DNA of 38,859 nucleotides from a virus (Duplodnaviria; Heunggongvirae; Uroviricota; Caudoviricetes): IMG/VR virus record IMGVR_UViG_2563366883_000017; one strand, 5' to 3'. Shown piece by piece: positions 9,796 to 18,430 of this stretch (position 1 is its first letter; each line of letters starts with the position of its first letter). The notes under the pieces were generated by a model. It saw only the letters and a program-made list of their open reading frames with translations, ran no database searches and was not told where the DNA came from. The position numbers and the translations under genes were made by a program.

Positions 9796-10542
9796 ATGAA
9801 AAATATTGCGACAGGCGACGTTCTTGAACGTATCCGCAGACTGGCCCCGTCACATGTAACCGCGCCATTCAAGACGGTAGCGGAGTGGCGCGAGTGGCAA
9901 CTTTCCGAAGGCCAGAAACGTTGTGAGGAGATCAACCGTCAGAATCGTCAGTTGCGGGTGGAAAAAATTCTGAATCGCTCTGGCATCCAGCCATTGCACC
10001 GCAAATGCTCGTTTTCGAATTACCAGGTGCAGAACGAAGCGCAGCGATACGCGTTGAGTCAGGCGAAATCCATCGCTGATGAACTGATGACCGGGTGTAC
10101 AAATTTTGCGTTCAGCGGAAAACCTGGTACCGGGAAGAACCACTTAGCGGCAGCTATCGGGAATCGCCTGCTGAAAGACGGTCAGACAGTGATTGTGGTT
10201 ACCGTGGCTGATGTTATGAGTGCCCTGCACGCCAGCTATGACGATGGGCAGTCAGGCGAAAAATTTTTGCGGGAACTATGCGAAGTGGATCTGCTGGTTC
10301 TTGATGAAATTGGCATTCAGCGCGAGACGAAAAACGAGCAGGTGGTGCTGCACCAGATTGTTGATCGCCGGACAGCGTCGATGCGCAGCGTGGGGATGCT
10401 GACAAACCTGAACTATGAGGCCATGAAAACATTGCTCGGCGAGCGGATTATGGATCGCATGACCATGAACGGCGGGCGATGGGTGAATTTTAACTGGGAG
10501 AGCTGGCGTCCGAATGTCGTCCAGCCAGGAATTGAGAAGTAA
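9796..10542 (+). CDS. ydaV: DnaC/IstB-like replication ATPase (helicase loader), 248 aa
   Basis: Walker A motif GKPGTGKNHLAAAIG and Walker B LLVLDEIG read directly from the ORF; SD AGGGGG upstream of ATG 9796. Confidence 0.85.
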   Translation: MKNIATGDVLERIRRLAPSHVTAPFKTVAEWREWQLSEGQKRCEEINRQNRQLRVEKILNRSGIQPLHRKCSFSNYQVQNEAQRYALSQAKSIADELMTGCTNFAFSGKPGTGKNHLAAAIGNRLLKDGQTVIVVTVADVMSALHASYDDGQSGEKFLRELCEVDLLVLDEIGIQRETKNEQVVLHQIVDRRTASMRSVGMLTNLNYEAMKTLLGERIMDRMTMNGGRWVNFNWESWRPNVVQPGIEK

Positions 10543-10564
10543 TTTTTACCGGGAGGAAATTTTT

Positions 10565-11481
10565 ATGGAGACTGTTTTTGACGCACTGAAAGCAATGGGA
10601 AAGCCACATCCATAGAACTTGCTGCGCGACTTGATATCAGTCGTGAAGAAGTGCTGAACGAACTATGGGAACTGAAAAAAGCTGGTTTCGTTGATAAAAG
10701 CGCGTACACCTGGCGTGTGGCTGATAACAACGTTCAGCAGGAACAGCCAATGCAGGCAGAACTGCCGGAAGAAACCACCACGGCAACTGTAGTGAAAATC
10801 TCAGAGTGCGATTTAACCGCGACGATTGAACAACGCGGACCACAAACGGCGGATGAACTGGCTACGCTGTTCGGTACAACATCCCGCAAAGTTGCTTCAA
10901 CGCTGGCAATGGCAATCAGCAAAGGACGCCTGATTCGCGTAAACCAGAACGGTAAATTTCGTTACTGCATGCCGGGCGATAATTTACCAGCAGAGCCGAA
11001 AGCTGCATCGGTAGCGGAAACTGATGGTAAAGCCTTTCCTCAGCCAGCCGGTGTTGCGTTACCAGTACAGGAAGCGGCAACACAGGAAGAGCGTGAAAAA
11101 ATTAAGGAGCAGGTTGTTGAGTTGGTACGCCAGAGTGGGCGCGAGACGTTAAGGCAACTGGAGGCCAAGACAGGTGCGACAAGATATCTGATGAGCATTC
11201 TTGCCAGAGAGTTGGTTGCCAGTGGCGATGTATACAACTCTGGCTATGGGTTATTCCCGTCTGAACAGGCTCGTAAGGATTGGAAAAACGCCCGCAAAAA
11301 ACTATCCAGGGCAAAGGTGAAAAAAACGGTTGTGGTTGATCCTGACCTTATCTGGTCATTACCAGACGGAGAAATACGCCGCTATGACAGGCGTCAGAAC
11401 ATAATCTGTCGCGAGTGCCGGAAGAGTGAAGTTATGAAACGTGTACTGGCATTTTATCAAGGAAATCTTCGGTATTTATAG
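10565..11481 (+). pseudogene. ydaW: YdaW-like gene split by a frameshift: ATG 10565 frame stops after 16 codons (TAG 10613-10615); a long ORF continues in the next frame to 11481
   Basis: SD GGGAGGA + ATG 10565 gives [16 protein letters not shown]-stop; the adjacent frame reads ...[28 protein letters not shown]... for about 290 further codons with no ATG of its own (the track start is GTG 10651). Confidence 0.55.
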
Positions 11482-11670
11482 ACGTTACTAGATCAAAGAG
11501 CATTAGTTCATATGTAAATTGACATTTTTCTGGCACAGGGGAGAGCTAGCGTGGTTGTCCGCTTTGTGCCAGGAGCGGAAGTAGCAAACCAGATTTTACT
11601 GAAGCTTGAGCAGAGATACCACCAACTGATGCCTATCAGTAATGGGGCTCTTGATGATTCAAATAAAAAA

Positions 11671-11710
11671 GATTAAATTGATTAAGATTATTCTTACTTG
11701 ATTAATTGTT
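11671..11710 (+). promoter_or_regulatory. Repeat cluster TTGATTAA x2 (11678-11685, 11698-11705) plus GATTAA/GATTAT half-copies; possible promoter/operator of the three-gene operon
   Basis: Direct reading of gattaaaTTGATTAAgattattcttacTTGATTAAttg; TTGATT/ATTAAT with 17-bp spacing resembles a -35/-10 pair. About 75-110 bp upstream of the gene A start. Confidence 0.3.
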
Positions 11711-11778
11711 TTGCGCATGGGCTTGGAAAACCATGAATCAGATCTTCACTAGATAAAACAACGAACTATGGAGGAAGC

Positions 11779-12870
11779 GTGGGCGGCGAAACTAAGAATA
11801 TTGATGAGATTGCAGGTATCATTTCCAGTAGAATTTTTGATGAGTTAGGCTGGAAAACCCAAAATACAACGGATATAAGTTGGGACTGTTGTTTGAGATC
11901 TCATCTAAACGCTAAACAACTTTTATCTGAAAACCCAAAAAAAACTCATCCTACGGATGTAGTCTTCAAATATAAAGATCCTTATTCAGATATAACTCAG
12001 TATATACAAACAGATTTAAAATCTTATTGTGCCAGCACGCTTGACGGTACAAAATCAATATTGAACACTGTACGAAGTTTATCACAACAGGTAGCTTGCG
12101 CGCCAAGAAGTCCTGAGTGGCGGCGTTTATTTGTTGACAGCACAAATGAGAAATATCAAGTTAACGGCCTACTTTTTATATATAATCATGACAATAAATA
12201 TGACTCTGATTTAATTGAGAAATTAAATGGAGCAGCCACAGCAAGTTATGATTTTCCAGAGAACTCTGTGATTGCCGTTTTTGACCCAACTATGATCAGA
12301 TTTTTACTAGATGTTACAGAACACATCGAGACTAGAAGAGGAATTACTGACAAAGTAACACAAGAAACAAATATGTTATGGCAAAAAATTCCTGAGATAG
12401 AGAACTGTACATATTTTTACCCTGACAAACATAATAAAATAGCAACGAAAGGGAAAATCCTTCCAGCCACAATTGAAATGATAACATCTGGGATGATTTT
12501 TTACTCATATGAACACGAATATATTAGAAATGATGGTGGCGATAGAATAAGAAATAAAATATTGAATATATTCTGGAAGGAAGAGGTTGATTCCAGTAAC
12601 CACTTTATATTTCTTTTAGAGTATATATTTAACTATCAATTACTCAATCAATTTGACAAAATATTTGTTATAACTCCGTTCTCATCACACTCAAGCATTC
12701 ATTTGCAATCCGCCATTAATGATTACATAGGAATATATTCTTTCACTCAATCTCATATAGAAACGTTAAAGGAAAAAATAGTATCCATTCCTTTTGTTAA
12801 TCAAAAGCTATCTATATTTGAGTACCAGGTTGCCAGCAAGCAGGTGAATAGAAAATGTCACTTTTCATAA
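11779..12870 (+). CDS. Hypothetical protein A of three-gene low-GC operon, 363 aa, no recognised domain
   Basis: GTG start 11779 preceded by GGAGGAAG; long uninterrupted ORF in strongly AT-rich DNA; stop overlaps the SD of the next gene. Confidence 0.75.
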   Translation: MGGETKNIDEIAGIISSRIFDELGWKTQNTTDISWDCCLRSHLNAKQLLSENPKKTHPTDVVFKYKDPYSDITQYIQTDLKSYCASTLDGTKSILNTVRSLSQQVACAPRSPEWRRLFVDSTNEKYQVNGLLFIYNHDNKYDSDLIEKLNGAATASYDFPENSVIAVFDPTMIRFLLDVTEHIETRRGITDKVTQETNMLWQKIPEIENCTYFYPDKHNKIATKGKILPATIEMITSGMIFYSYEHEYIRNDGGDRIRNKILNIFWKEEVDSSNHFIFLLEYIFNYQLLNQFDKIFVITPFSSHSSIHLQSAINDYIGIYSFTQSHIETLKEKIVSIPFVNQKLSIFEYQVASKQVNRKCHFS

Positions 12871-12880
12871 GGAGTATGAC

Positions 12881-14128
12881 ATGAATAAATATCAAGCTAC
12901 GTTGTTTTCAAACGAAAGTGACATTTATACCGCCCTCCACTCTAACAGTGCAAAAATCACAGATGTTACATTAAGGAAAATCGCCTTCAATAGAGGGATA
13001 ATTTTCCCATCTAACTTATCAAAAGAGGTATTGATAGAAAAATTATCAGACCTGCCATTTTCATATAATCACATCAGAGAAGTACAAGATAAACTGGCAA
13101 CCAAACCCAGCCAAGACGTCTTCTCAGTAAAACGTATATATGAAGAATTTGATATAGAGAAACTCTATGACGTTGTAAACAAAGTGAAAGAAAATAGACC
13201 CAAGTTGCTAGGGCATGAGAAAATTGATCATTACTCAGGCTTGCAAACCTATCATATATCTATTGATTATACTGAGTTTGATTTTAGAAGGGGTAAGTTT
13301 CAGCAGAAAAAATTGTACAGTGGGAGTATAGTTTTTATAGTAAAAAAAGGATATGTTTCAGTAAGATATAACTATACGCCACGCATTTCAGAAATTCTCA
13401 AGCAAATAATTGATACATATTCATCAACAGTTTGTAACAACATAGTTGTCAACGAAATAGATTTATCAAGTATCGTCGATACAGATCTTAGGAATATTTT
13501 TGCTGTTCATCTTTATGATTTTGATGGAAATTATAAAAAAACAGGACTTGAATATGCTGGTCTTGAAAAGGTTAGAGTAAGCAGAATAAAAACATCTCTG
13601 GATATTAATGGAGATAATCTCGAAGGAAATAATAACGAAGAAACACAAGAGTTATTAAACAAGATTTCACCTTCTACAGATAACGAAAATGATGATGACA
13701 TTAATAATCAGGAAATGGCATCTGACGATGATGAAAACCTAACTTTTAACATTAACAATGCCGCGTATGATGGCCTATCATTAGTGAACGCACCTCAAAT
13801 TAAGGAACTGTGCAGTGATGGGTTTTATCGAAGCTTAATTCGATGGAAGTCATTTTCCTCAGTAGTTAAGAATCATACTATAACTTTTGAACTTAGTTTC
13901 GATGATAAATATCTTGGGAAAAATATAAAATTCAGAGCGTTATACAAAGAAAGCAACTCTGCATCCGCAGAGAGAGAAAAACTCAGTGACGCAGACTTTG
14001 ATCAAGTCATGAAACAATTAGAAGATAAAATATTTTTGATTAATGACTTTATTATCGAAGAGCATACCAAGCGATACCCAGTAACGAAAGCTATGTCTTG
14101 CGAGACTTTGAATCAGGAGGCTGGATGA
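12881..14128 (+). CDS. Hypothetical protein B of three-gene operon, 415 aa, two segments joined by an acidic Asn/Asp/Glu-rich linker
   Basis: SD AAGGAG 6 nt before ATG 12881; no Walker A or other recognisable catalytic motif; stop TGA overlaps the start of gene C (ATGA). Confidence 0.8.
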   Translation: MNKYQATLFSNESDIYTALHSNSAKITDVTLRKIAFNRGIIFPSNLSKEVLIEKLSDLPFSYNHIREVQDKLATKPSQDVFSVKRIYEEFDIEKLYDVVNKVKENRPKLLGHEKIDHYSGLQTYHISIDYTEFDFRRGKFQQKKLYSGSIVFIVKKGYVSVRYNYTPRISEILKQIIDTYSSTVCNNIVVNEIDLSSIVDTDLRNIFAVHLYDFDGNYKKTGLEYAGLEKVRVSRIKTSLDINGDNLEGNNNEETQELLNKISPSTDNENDDDINNQEMASDDDENLTFNINNAAYDGLSLVNAPQIKELCSDGFYRSLIRWKSFSSVVKNHTITFELSFDDKYLGKNIKFRALYKESNSASAEREKLSDADFDQVMKQLEDKIFLINDFIIEEHTKRYPVTKAMSCETLNQEAG

Positions 14129-14781
14129 TGATAAAGGTAAAAATTTATAAAGCAGAAAAGGATATAACTAAAAGTGAGTTATTACATAAAGTAAATGACA
14201 ACCTCTATGATGAAGATAAAGGATATGGTTTTCAAATCATTAATAACTCTGAAGTGCTTAAACTAAGATTTACCATGAGAAGCATTAGCAAGCAAAGCTT
14301 AGAATATGCTAATGGCGAGCGTTCAGAGGTTGAAATAGCAACTTACTTAAATGTGGACTTTGGCGTCAGACAAGGGAAAAAAATCATACTATATGCCACT
14401 AATCCTCCATTAAGTATGAAAGTGCCTTATACTATGGTGCAAAAACTATTTGGTGAAGATAGTGGCTTGAGACCAGTAGAATTTGATCTGAGAAAAATTG
14501 TAAATGGTCTTTCTGAGGGCTTTGACATCAAGATAAAATCCATGTCTCTATCTAATATCTCTGTTGATCCTTTTACTTTAGCAAAGACAAAAATAGTAAG
14601 CTCAAAGAATCTCCAAGAAATTTATCAGAATAAATACATGAATAGTTCGGCCGTTTTTGATTCCGTACATTTCTTCGTTAACGGAATTGAAACGGAATTA
14701 TCTAGGACGGGTAGATTCCGTGTGAGAGAGAGTCAGCTTCCAACACTTTTATCCATCTTAGAAACTCTCAGAATTTTGTGA
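14125..14781 (+). CDS. Hypothetical protein C of three-gene operon, 218 aa
   Basis: ATG 14125 with AGGAGG 5 nt upstream, overlapping B stop; followed by a hairpin terminator. Confidence 0.75.
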   Translation: MMIKVKIYKAEKDITKSELLHKVNDNLYDEDKGYGFQIINNSEVLKLRFTMRSISKQSLEYANGERSEVEIATYLNVDFGVRQGKKIILYATNPPLSMKVPYTMVQKLFGEDSGLRPVEFDLRKIVNGLSEGFDIKIKSMSLSNISVDPFTLAKTKIVSSKNLQEIYQNKYMNSSAVFDSVHFFVNGIETELSRTGRFRVRESQLPTLLSILETLRIL

Positions 14782-14798
14782 AATATATAAGGAACTCA

Positions 14799-14827
14799 GG
14801 CCTACTTCGTCAGTAGGCCCCTTTTCC
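14799..14827 (+). terminator. Rho-independent terminator-like hairpin after the three-gene operon
   Basis: GGCCTACT-tcgtc-AGTAGGCC stem-loop followed by CCTTTTCC, 18 nt after the gene C stop. Confidence 0.6.
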
Positions 14828-14959
14828 GGTTTGTACTTATCTAGTCATCGATTTGATCGTAATGATTCACACAGGATGCTGTTAGCAATGTCCGCTCTTC
14901 ACTCAAAGCGGACTAAAATGTTGGCTTGTTTCTGACTTAGAGCATTTAAGGAAGTGCTG

Positions 14960-15178
14960 GTGGTGACTGGTTGTTGTGTTCCATTTCTACAGAATAAAAT
15001 CACAGAAACTATACCCAATAGTTGTATTGAATCACTGACGAGACAGCCTCATATTTATCAGGACTGGTGTGCGTCTAATACAGGGGGTTGTCGTGCTGGT
15101 TCTCAAATGTGCGCTGGCTATTGCGGCTGTAATGGCAATTTATTGTCTTGCTGTTGTTCTTATGGAGCGGCTTTCTGA
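14960..15178 (+). CDS. Possible cysteine-rich small protein, about 72 aa
   Basis: AAGGAAG 5 nt upstream of GTG 14960; 12 Cys in the product (…GCRAGSQMCAGYCGCNGNLLSCCCSYGAAF); no ATG start; could be spurious. Confidence 0.25.
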   Translation: MVTGCCVPFLQNKITETIPNSCIESLTRQPHIYQDWCASNTGGCRAGSQMCAGYCGCNGNLLSCCCSYGAAF

Positions 15179-15329
15179 TTGATTACATACTGGCTAGAAA
15201 AAAGGTGTTACCTTGGTTTATCTTTGTCCGGCAAGGTGCGCTCATTAATCTTAAGTAAATTTATTGCTCAAGTATTCAGATTACTTCTTATGGTTGAAGT
15301 CTCCTGTCAATGTAGAACCAATATATTTA

Positions 15330-15367
15330 CAAAAATGAGACCCGTCGGGGATAGCCCTGCCGGGTCT
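15330..15367 (-). terminator. Rho-independent terminator for the minus-strand YeaR-like gene
   Basis: Plus-strand AGACCCG...CGGGTCT inverted repeat (15338-15367) with inner GC-rich pairing, preceded on the plus strand by CAAAAA, i.e. a U-run after the hairpin on the minus-strand transcript; 30 nt downstream of the gene stop. Confidence 0.55.
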
Positions 15368-15396
15368 GACTGTTAAAGCATTTTTAATATGATCAT

Positions 15397-15735
15397 CTAT
15401 TTTTTGGTGCTATAGACTTTTTCGCCCGAAAAGTCTGGAGCGACCCAAAAGTTAATATTAAACTGAGCATCATCGCTTAGTTCAACACGGTGCCAGTATT
15501 GTGGTGGGCTTGTTGCAAAAGCGCCAGCATTAATGACTACTTTTATCTCCGGTTCAGTAGCATTCTCATCAGTAAAACCATAATATGTTACAGTGCCTTC
15601 CATTACGCACAACTGCCCAAAAACACCTGCTGCTGTATTATGATGTGTTAATAACGCTGAAGGTACGTTCTCTTTTGTGAAGAACGGAGTTGAGCGTTTG
15701 ATTACCCAATCTTTAGGAATTCTCTTGTGTGTCAT
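15397..15735 (-). CDS. YeaR-like DUF1971 protein, 112 aa, stand-alone moron
   Basis: ATG 15733-15735 with GGAGGAGG 5 nt upstream; product RSTPFFTKENVPSALLTHHNTAAGVFGQLCVMEGTVTYYGFTDE...WHRVELSDDAQFNINFWVAPDF follows the recalled YeaR/DUF1971 pattern; own terminator and AT-rich upstream region. Confidence 0.55.
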   Translation of the reverse strand: MTHKRIPKDWVIKRSTPFFTKENVPSALLTHHNTAAGVFGQLCVMEGTVTYYGFTDENATEPEIKVVINAGAFATSPPQYWHRVELSDDAQFNINFWVAPDFSGEKVYSTKK

Positions 15736-16548
15736 AACCACCTCCTCCAAAACATGCATTAAAAATGCATCTTTTGGAGGGTTATGTCAAGCTGTTATGA
15801 AACACATAATTGATATGTTGATTAGAGGAGAAGATAGAATAAATATGGTTGTTTTTCGTATAACTATTTGTTTTACTTTTAGTTTATGCATTCTGTGTGT
15901 TAGGAATAAGTTATTAAAGTTTAATCAAAAAATCTCGATGTAGTCCACATAGATTACTGTTACTGAACCTTATTGTGTGTATTAGTTGTGTTCTGAAATT
16001 TCAGCTTAATTATTTATGATGTATTTTTTAACGATAAATATTTTCCCAGGATACCTTTACTGTGTATATAAATAAATTATATACGCATAAATAATGTAAA
16101 GGCGTCCTTTTAGATATATCTTATCAAATGTTAATGACTTGAGTGGGAAATATGATTCCAGCAACTTATCATGTGGCTACTTTATAAAAATAATGCCCAT
16201 ATAAAACAACAAGCGAAAAGGATTACGGATAAAAAAGGAGCGAGATGTGCGAACTTGTTATTTTCCATGTTTAACCACCTTAAATAATTGATGATGACGG
16301 GATGATTGCATCTGTAATGCTTTTATTGAAATGTTATGATAAAAAAGAACTTTTGCATAACATTAAAATGTAATTTATCTAATCGTTTTTAATAATAAGT
16401 GTCGTATTTCTATCCTTGTACCAGCTATTTGATATGTAGTGTTTGTTCATGCTATGTGGGGCTTTACACCATAGCCAGTTTATTTATACTTTATTCGTCA
16501 GCCTGAACAACTGGCATCTGCTGCGCTGCGCCATCGAGAGATTGAGAA

Positions 16549-17148
16549 ATGGCGCATATACAACTGGTCAAACAAACCTCTTCTGGTTTACTTCTCCCGG
16601 CGACGCCGGAGAGTTGCGATTTTCTGCATCAAATCAAAATAGGTGAGTGGATACACGCAGACTTTAAGCGTGTGCGTAACTACGCATTCCACAAGCGTTT
16701 TTTCAAACTCCTGCAACTGGGATTCGATTACTGGACTCCGGTCGGTGGGGCGATCACGCCTCGCGAACGAGAACTGCTGTCTGGTTTCGTTGATTACCTG
16801 TGCGAATCAGTTGGTCGGGAACACACGCCAGCCCTGAGTGATGCCGCAGAGCAATACCTTAACACCGTTGCGACTCGTAGAACCCGGGATACGGCGTTGC
16901 TAAAGTCGTTTGAGGCTTTCCGCGAGTGGGTAACCATTCAGGCCGGATTTTACACCGAGCATATTTATCCGGACGGTAGCCGTGGGCGTCGGGCAAAATC
17001 CATCGCTTTTGCGAATATGGACGAAGTCGAGTTTCAGCAGGTTTATAAATCTGTACTGAATGTGCTGTGGAACTGGATTCTGTTCCGTAAATTCTCCTCT
17101 CAGGAGGAAGTTGAAAATGTGGCCGCACAACTACTGGAGTTTGCGTAA
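16549..17148 (+). CDS. DUF1367-family phage protein (YdfU-like), 199 aa
   Basis: ORF MAHIQLVKQTSSGLLLPATPESCDFLHQIKIGEWIHADFKRVRNYAFHKRFF...; first gene of a tightly overlapping set upstream of the Q-like gene. Confidence 0.6.
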   Translation: MAHIQLVKQTSSGLLLPATPESCDFLHQIKIGEWIHADFKRVRNYAFHKRFFKLLQLGFDYWTPVGGAITPRERELLSGFVDYLCESVGREHTPALSDAAEQYLNTVATRRTRDTALLKSFEAFREWVTIQAGFYTEHIYPDGSRGRRAKSIAFANMDEVEFQQVYKSVLNVLWNWILFRKFSSQEEVENVAAQLLEFA

Positions 17149-17438
17149 TGGTGAATTTACGTAAAGCGGCTAAAGGCCAGATGTGCCAGATCAGAATCCC
17201 TGGCTACTGCAATCACAATCCCGAAACCTCTGTGCTGGCGCATTACAGGCTGGCGGGGACGTGCGGAACAGCGACAAAACCACATGATATGCAGGCGGCG
17301 ATAGCCTGTAGCTCATGCCACGATCTAATCGACGGGCGGGTAAAAACCAGCGATTACACCAAAGAAGAATTGCGCCTGATGCATGCTGAAGGGGTTTTTC
17401 GCACACAAGAAATCTGGAGAAAGAAAGGTCATTTATGA
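17148..17438 (+). CDS. YbcO-like DUF1364 protein (putative nuclease), 96 aa
   Basis: ORF MVNLRKAAKGQMCQIRIPGYCNHNPETSVLAHYRLAGTCGTATKPHDMQAAIACSSCHDLIDGR... resembles recalled DLP12 YbcO; start overlaps upstream stop (TAATG). Confidence 0.6.
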   Translation: MVNLRKAAKGQMCQIRIPGYCNHNPETSVLAHYRLAGTCGTATKPHDMQAAIACSSCHDLIDGRVKTSDYTKEELRLMHAEGVFRTQEIWRKKGHL

Positions 17439-17977
17439 TTTACCCAACGAATACAGGAAAAAGCGGAGAACACCTTCGCCTCACCACGCTGGAAAGTGTC
17501 TGGATTCAGGGAAAACTACGTATGTGGGGGCGCTGGTCGTATATTGGCGGTGGCAGGTCAGGGAATATGTTCAATCAGTTGTTGGCATCCAAAAAACTGA
17601 CGAAAACAGCCATTAATGAAGCCCTGCGCAGAATGAAAAAAGCGGGAATAGAGAAAGCTGAGCTGGAAGCGTTTTTGCGAGAGATGATCAACGGCAAGCA
17701 AAAGAGCTGGCTGGCGCATTGTACTGATGCAGAGGCGTTATGTATTGATCGAGTCATAAGTGAGGTGCTGGCAGAGCATCCAGGATTGATTTGCATTCTC
17801 CGGCAACGCTATGAAGGGCGGGGGATGACTAAGCGCAAAATGGCTGAATTGCTAAATGATGCACACCCAGAGTGGTGTTTTAGCACATGCGAAAAACGGA
17901 TTGCTAATTGGTTAGCTGTTGCTGAGTATGCCCTATATATTCCCATGCGTGAATCATTTGCTGAGAAAATGGCTTGA
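17435..17977 (+). CDS. Putative late-gene antiterminator Q-like protein, 180 aa
   Basis: Last gene before a long non-coding region containing a strong intrinsic terminator and the lysis cassette; contains a WGRW motif reminiscent of Q proteins; start overlaps ybcO-like stop (ATGA). Confidence 0.5.
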   Translation: MIYPTNTGKSGEHLRLTTLESVWIQGKLRMWGRWSYIGGGRSGNMFNQLLASKKLTKTAINEALRRMKKAGIEKAELEAFLREMINGKQKSWLAHCTDAEALCIDRVISEVLAEHPGLICILRQRYEGRGMTKRKMAELLNDAHPEWCFSTCEKRIANWLAVAEYALYIPMRESFAEKMA

Positions 17978-18054
17978 TTTCTTACGTATAAACTGCTTCA
18001 ATTTTGCTATGCTTCGCAAAGCTGTATCGCGAGGCGGATTGCAGACATGGACAT

Positions 18055-18083
18055 CGTAAAAAAACCGCTTAATGCGGTTTTTT
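18055..18083 (+). terminator. Strong intrinsic terminator about 80 bp downstream of the Q-like gene (tR-prime-like)
   Basis: aaaAAACCGC-ttaat-GCGGTTTttttt: 7-bp GC-containing stem, 5-nt loop, T-run of 7; A-run on the other side makes it potentially bidirectional. Confidence 0.7.
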
Positions 18084-18404
18084 TACGTCAGGAAAGCAGG
18101 GGAGAATGCTGCTAGTTGGGCAACTGGTCTTTCTGCTCCAAATTATAACAGAGACCAGTTATAGTTTCGGTGCTGTGTTTTTTTTACAATATTGTGATAA
18201 CACATTGCTGGCGGGAGTTTTGATATTTCTTGGCAGGGGCTGATGATGCGTTATCCTGATGTCGTCAACTCATATAAAATGAGATGAGAGATCATTGCAG
18301 GGTGGTTTGTAATTCGCTGTTTAGCGGGACAATATGTTGTCTGATACAAGACACCCGACGCCTCAGATTACTATAATAAAGACGAAGCATCCTTTGTATT
18401 GACC

Positions 18405-18430
18405 AACCGCCTGTTTAGGCGGTTCTTTTT
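18405..18430 (+). terminator. Second intrinsic terminator-like hairpin in the Q-to-lysis non-coding region
   Basis: AACCGCC-tgttta-GGCGGTT followed by CTTTTT. Confidence 0.5.

Noticed and set aside
9360-10143. Minus-strand ORFs 9360..9935 (191 aa) and 9850..10143 (97 aa)
   Set aside because: Antisense to ydaU and ydaV, with no start context; ydaV on the plus strand has clear Walker motifs.
11530-11572. 8-bp inverted repeat CTGGCACA/TGTGCCAG with 27-nt spacer downstream of the ydaW-like gene
   Set aside because: Loop too long and no T-run for an intrinsic terminator; possibly a protein-binding site but not interpretable from sequence.
15179-15376. 65-aa plus-strand ORF
   Set aside because: Its 3' part is occupied by the hairpin terminator of the minus-strand YeaR-like gene and it has no SD.
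16245-16274. 9-codon mini-ORF (MCELVIFHV) with strong SD in the AT-rich intergenic region
   Set aside because: Too short to support from sequence alone; mentioned only as a possible leader peptide.
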